A stretch of 64,000 nt of DNA. Source: Cystobasidiomycetes sp. EMM_F5 (lineage: Eukaryota). Below the pieces are notes generated by a model. The model was not told the origin of the DNA. It saw only the letters and a program-made list of their open reading frames with translations, and did no database searches. Shown piece by piece: positions 61,637 through 64,000 of the stretch. The position numbers were made by a program, and so were the translations under genes. Position 1 is the stretch's first letter; every line of letters starts with the position of its first letter. The stretch covers positions 434,001 to 498,000 of the forward strand of contig JBPGPT010000010.1 of the NCBI GenBank assembly GCA_051047955.1, written 5' to 3'.

Positions 61637-64000
61637 ATGAATGCTGAAACTAAGACTGCAGGGAAATCCAACCTTGCAGCTGTGGTTCTAGAGGCCGCCA
61701 AACGAGATGGATTGCGACCAGGCAGTTCCGGCAATGATGAAATCAAGCAGAATGGACATAATGACGGCAGTACCGGCGAGAACAAGTCAGCCTCGAATAA
61801 CACAGAAAAGAGATCTCTGCAAGATGGTTCTGTGAATTCTTTGACAAACGGCCATCTCCTGCGACCGTTCAGTTGGCAAAGTAATCGCGCCCTGACCGCT
61901 TCGCCGGAACCCATACAACCTGTACAGAATGGCGATGCAACTCCGTCGTCAAGCACTAAAGCTTCGTCTCCAGCTGTCAAGGCTCCCAAGAAGCAATTGA
62001 GCGGCGCAAGTTCCAGACCATCGCAGAGACGCCAACTTTCTGCACACTTCTCAGACGACACTCGGCGTAGCGGCTCGTATTCTCGACATGGCTTGACCAG
62101 TGAAAGCAGTCGAGATAACGGCCACGGCGAATCCAGTACTGGCTCACAAATCTTATCGGAGCGAAACGTTTTACGCAATGTACGCAGTGCAGGAAGCGAA
62201 AATAGCCACAGCGGTCTCAGCGCCGGTGGATCAGGGCCATTACGGGGACCTTTCAGTCGGCTGGATAGCTCGCGCGGTCAGAGTCTGCTTGCAAGACAAT
62301 CCCAATCGCAATCGCAATCGAGACATGCCAGTTTGGGTAGCGATGGGCATGCTGCGACTAGACGAAGTACTTCGGACAGTCATGGTTCGGCTACGGCGGC
62401 AAACGGCGATAATGAGGGTGTTCGTCCTCGTCGAAGTTCGTTCTCGCGCGTTGCCCGCAGCGTAGGCCTACGGACTGGATTGGTTAATTCGGATGAGGAG
62501 GTAGAAGAACCGGAACGTTCACGAGACGATGCCGAAGGTCGGTCTCAACAACTTCTTCCACCACATCAGCCCGATGCGATGCACGAGACTTCGCGTCCCC
62601 AGGTCATGCATGCTGGAACGTCACCAGCAGGTGGCGCAGGTTTCCTGGGGCCAGCGCCTACTGCTTCCCGCGCTCGCCCGCGCACTGGCTTGCGTGCCAT
62701 TACACTAGGCGATTTGAGGCGGTCAAGTAATACTAGTAATGATGAAGAAGGTGGCCCGGCCCGCAACAGGCGCGACAAAGATGACCAGGGAGGATTCAGG
62801 TCGAATGCAAGAAGTCGGTGGGCAGCTTTACGGGAGAAGCTGCGCCAGGAGAAAAAGCCAGAGGAGCTCGAAAAGGGTCTTACAGGAAAAGAACTCGTAA
62901 CAGATCTGTCGACCGGATTGATGAGCGTCATGATGCTAAAGATGGCCTTTGATCGAGACGAGCACGATCAGCATAGAGTAAGCTATACAAAACGTGCGAC
63001 ACACAACCGCGATTTGATCAGATTCTACCACAAACCAGGTTCCCGTCCTGCTGAATTACCTAAAATTGAGAATCACCGACTCTGTGTATCCCTTCCACAA
63101 CACCCATGCAATATTCCGTATCGAACTTGAGTATGGCGATGGGCTGCTCAAATGGGTAATCTACCGCGAGTTGCGTGACTTTGTCAATCTGCATGCTCAC
63201 TACCGAGTGGCAAACGTCAAACAAGGCTTGAACAAACTCCCGCCATTCCCGAGAACGTCCATACCGTATTTCAATAAGCTCGTAAGAGAGTCGAAAGAAC
63301 GTGGCGGTAATGTGCCGGGCAAGGCCGAATTCGCTAAATCGCAACGAGAGTCACTTGAAGATTACCTTCTTCGTCTCATTCGCTCAGTGGTCTGTCCGTC
63401 TTGCTGTAATTTGACGACCCTGTTACTAACAGCTTTCACAGATGTTCCGTCCGGAGGCCAACCGATTGTGTAAATTCTTGGAACTGTCAGCTATATCCAT
63501 TCACCTGGCTACGAAAGGAGGCGTCCAAGGCAAGCAAGGTTATTTGCGCGTTCTATCTTCGGGAGCGTCACGACGGCGTAAACCAGGCTTTCATCCGCTG
63601 GACTTTAAGAGCCGACACGAACCCAAGTGGTTCGTCGTGCGCGAGAGTTACATTCTTGCAGTTGATGAGACGTACGAGGTACGTTCAGGCTGATGCTTGA
63701 GTACCGTGGCTCGCCGACCTGATACATTGCACATAGACCAAAATCTGGGACTGCTTCCTTATCGACGAAGATTTTGCGATTGACAGGCCTCACAGACTCT
63801 ACCGTCAGGGTTTGGGTTTGTTTTCCGATGGCAAGGCTAAGACCTCCGAGAATGACAATAAAACCAATGATACGGAAGGAACTGAAGCATTGCCCGAAGG
63901 ATTGCGCGAGTACGAAGGTTACGAAGGCGTCGCTGGCGACGGCGTTGGGGACCCTAACGATCCTTCCACAACCACACTGGCGAGAGACGACCCAAAACGC
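61637..64000 (+). CDS. SPO14: Phospholipase D1 (5' part: disordered N-terminus, PX and start of PH domain), running off the window
   Basis: FDRDEHDQHR|VPVLLNYLKLRITDS, FRIELEYGDG..KWVIYRELRDF.NLH.HY, LP.FPRTS.PY, MFRPEANRLCKFLELS and PKWFVVRESY. Confidence 0.9.

Noticed and set aside
1..64000. Numerous antisense and alternate-frame ORFs in the ORF track; search for CRISPR arrays, transposons, tRNA and rRNA
   Set aside because: The shadow ORFs overlap real genes and carry no motifs. By eye I saw no spaced direct repeats, transposase/RT motifs, terminal repeats or cloverleaf structures.

Overview
This is gene-dense eukaryotic DNA from a fungus, probably a basidiomycete yeast (Pucciniomycotina-like). 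That assignment is inferred from the many short spliceosomal introns with CTRAY branch points, the compact intergenic spacing and the protein styles. About 27 intron-containing protein genes can be supported. Housekeeping genes are eIF3b, AP-2 alpha adaptin, ARO8-like aminotransferase, RPS19, BDP1, SLX9, an XRCC2-like gene, CWC25, FCP1, isocitrate lyase and the 5' part of phospholipase D. Accessory-looking genes are a tandem F-box/XPA-C-like array, a head-to-head pair of type II membrane glyco-enzymes (a CE4 deacetylase and a GT43 glycosyltransferase), a bacterial YkvP/CgeB-like glycosyltransferase, three clustered lipases/esterases, an SMP/LEA-like peptide and a jacalin-domain protein. The most unusual items are: (i) an unannotated, spliced, hairpin-rich minus-strand locus at about 38.2-39.25 kb that encodes at most a 16-27 aa peptide in its simplest splice forms; (ii) the GT43 + deacetylase pair; (iii) an in-frame TAA inside an otherwise intact alcohol dehydrogenase gene. 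I found no tRNA, rRNA, CRISPR array or transposon. All exon structures and family calls were made by eye, with no database search.
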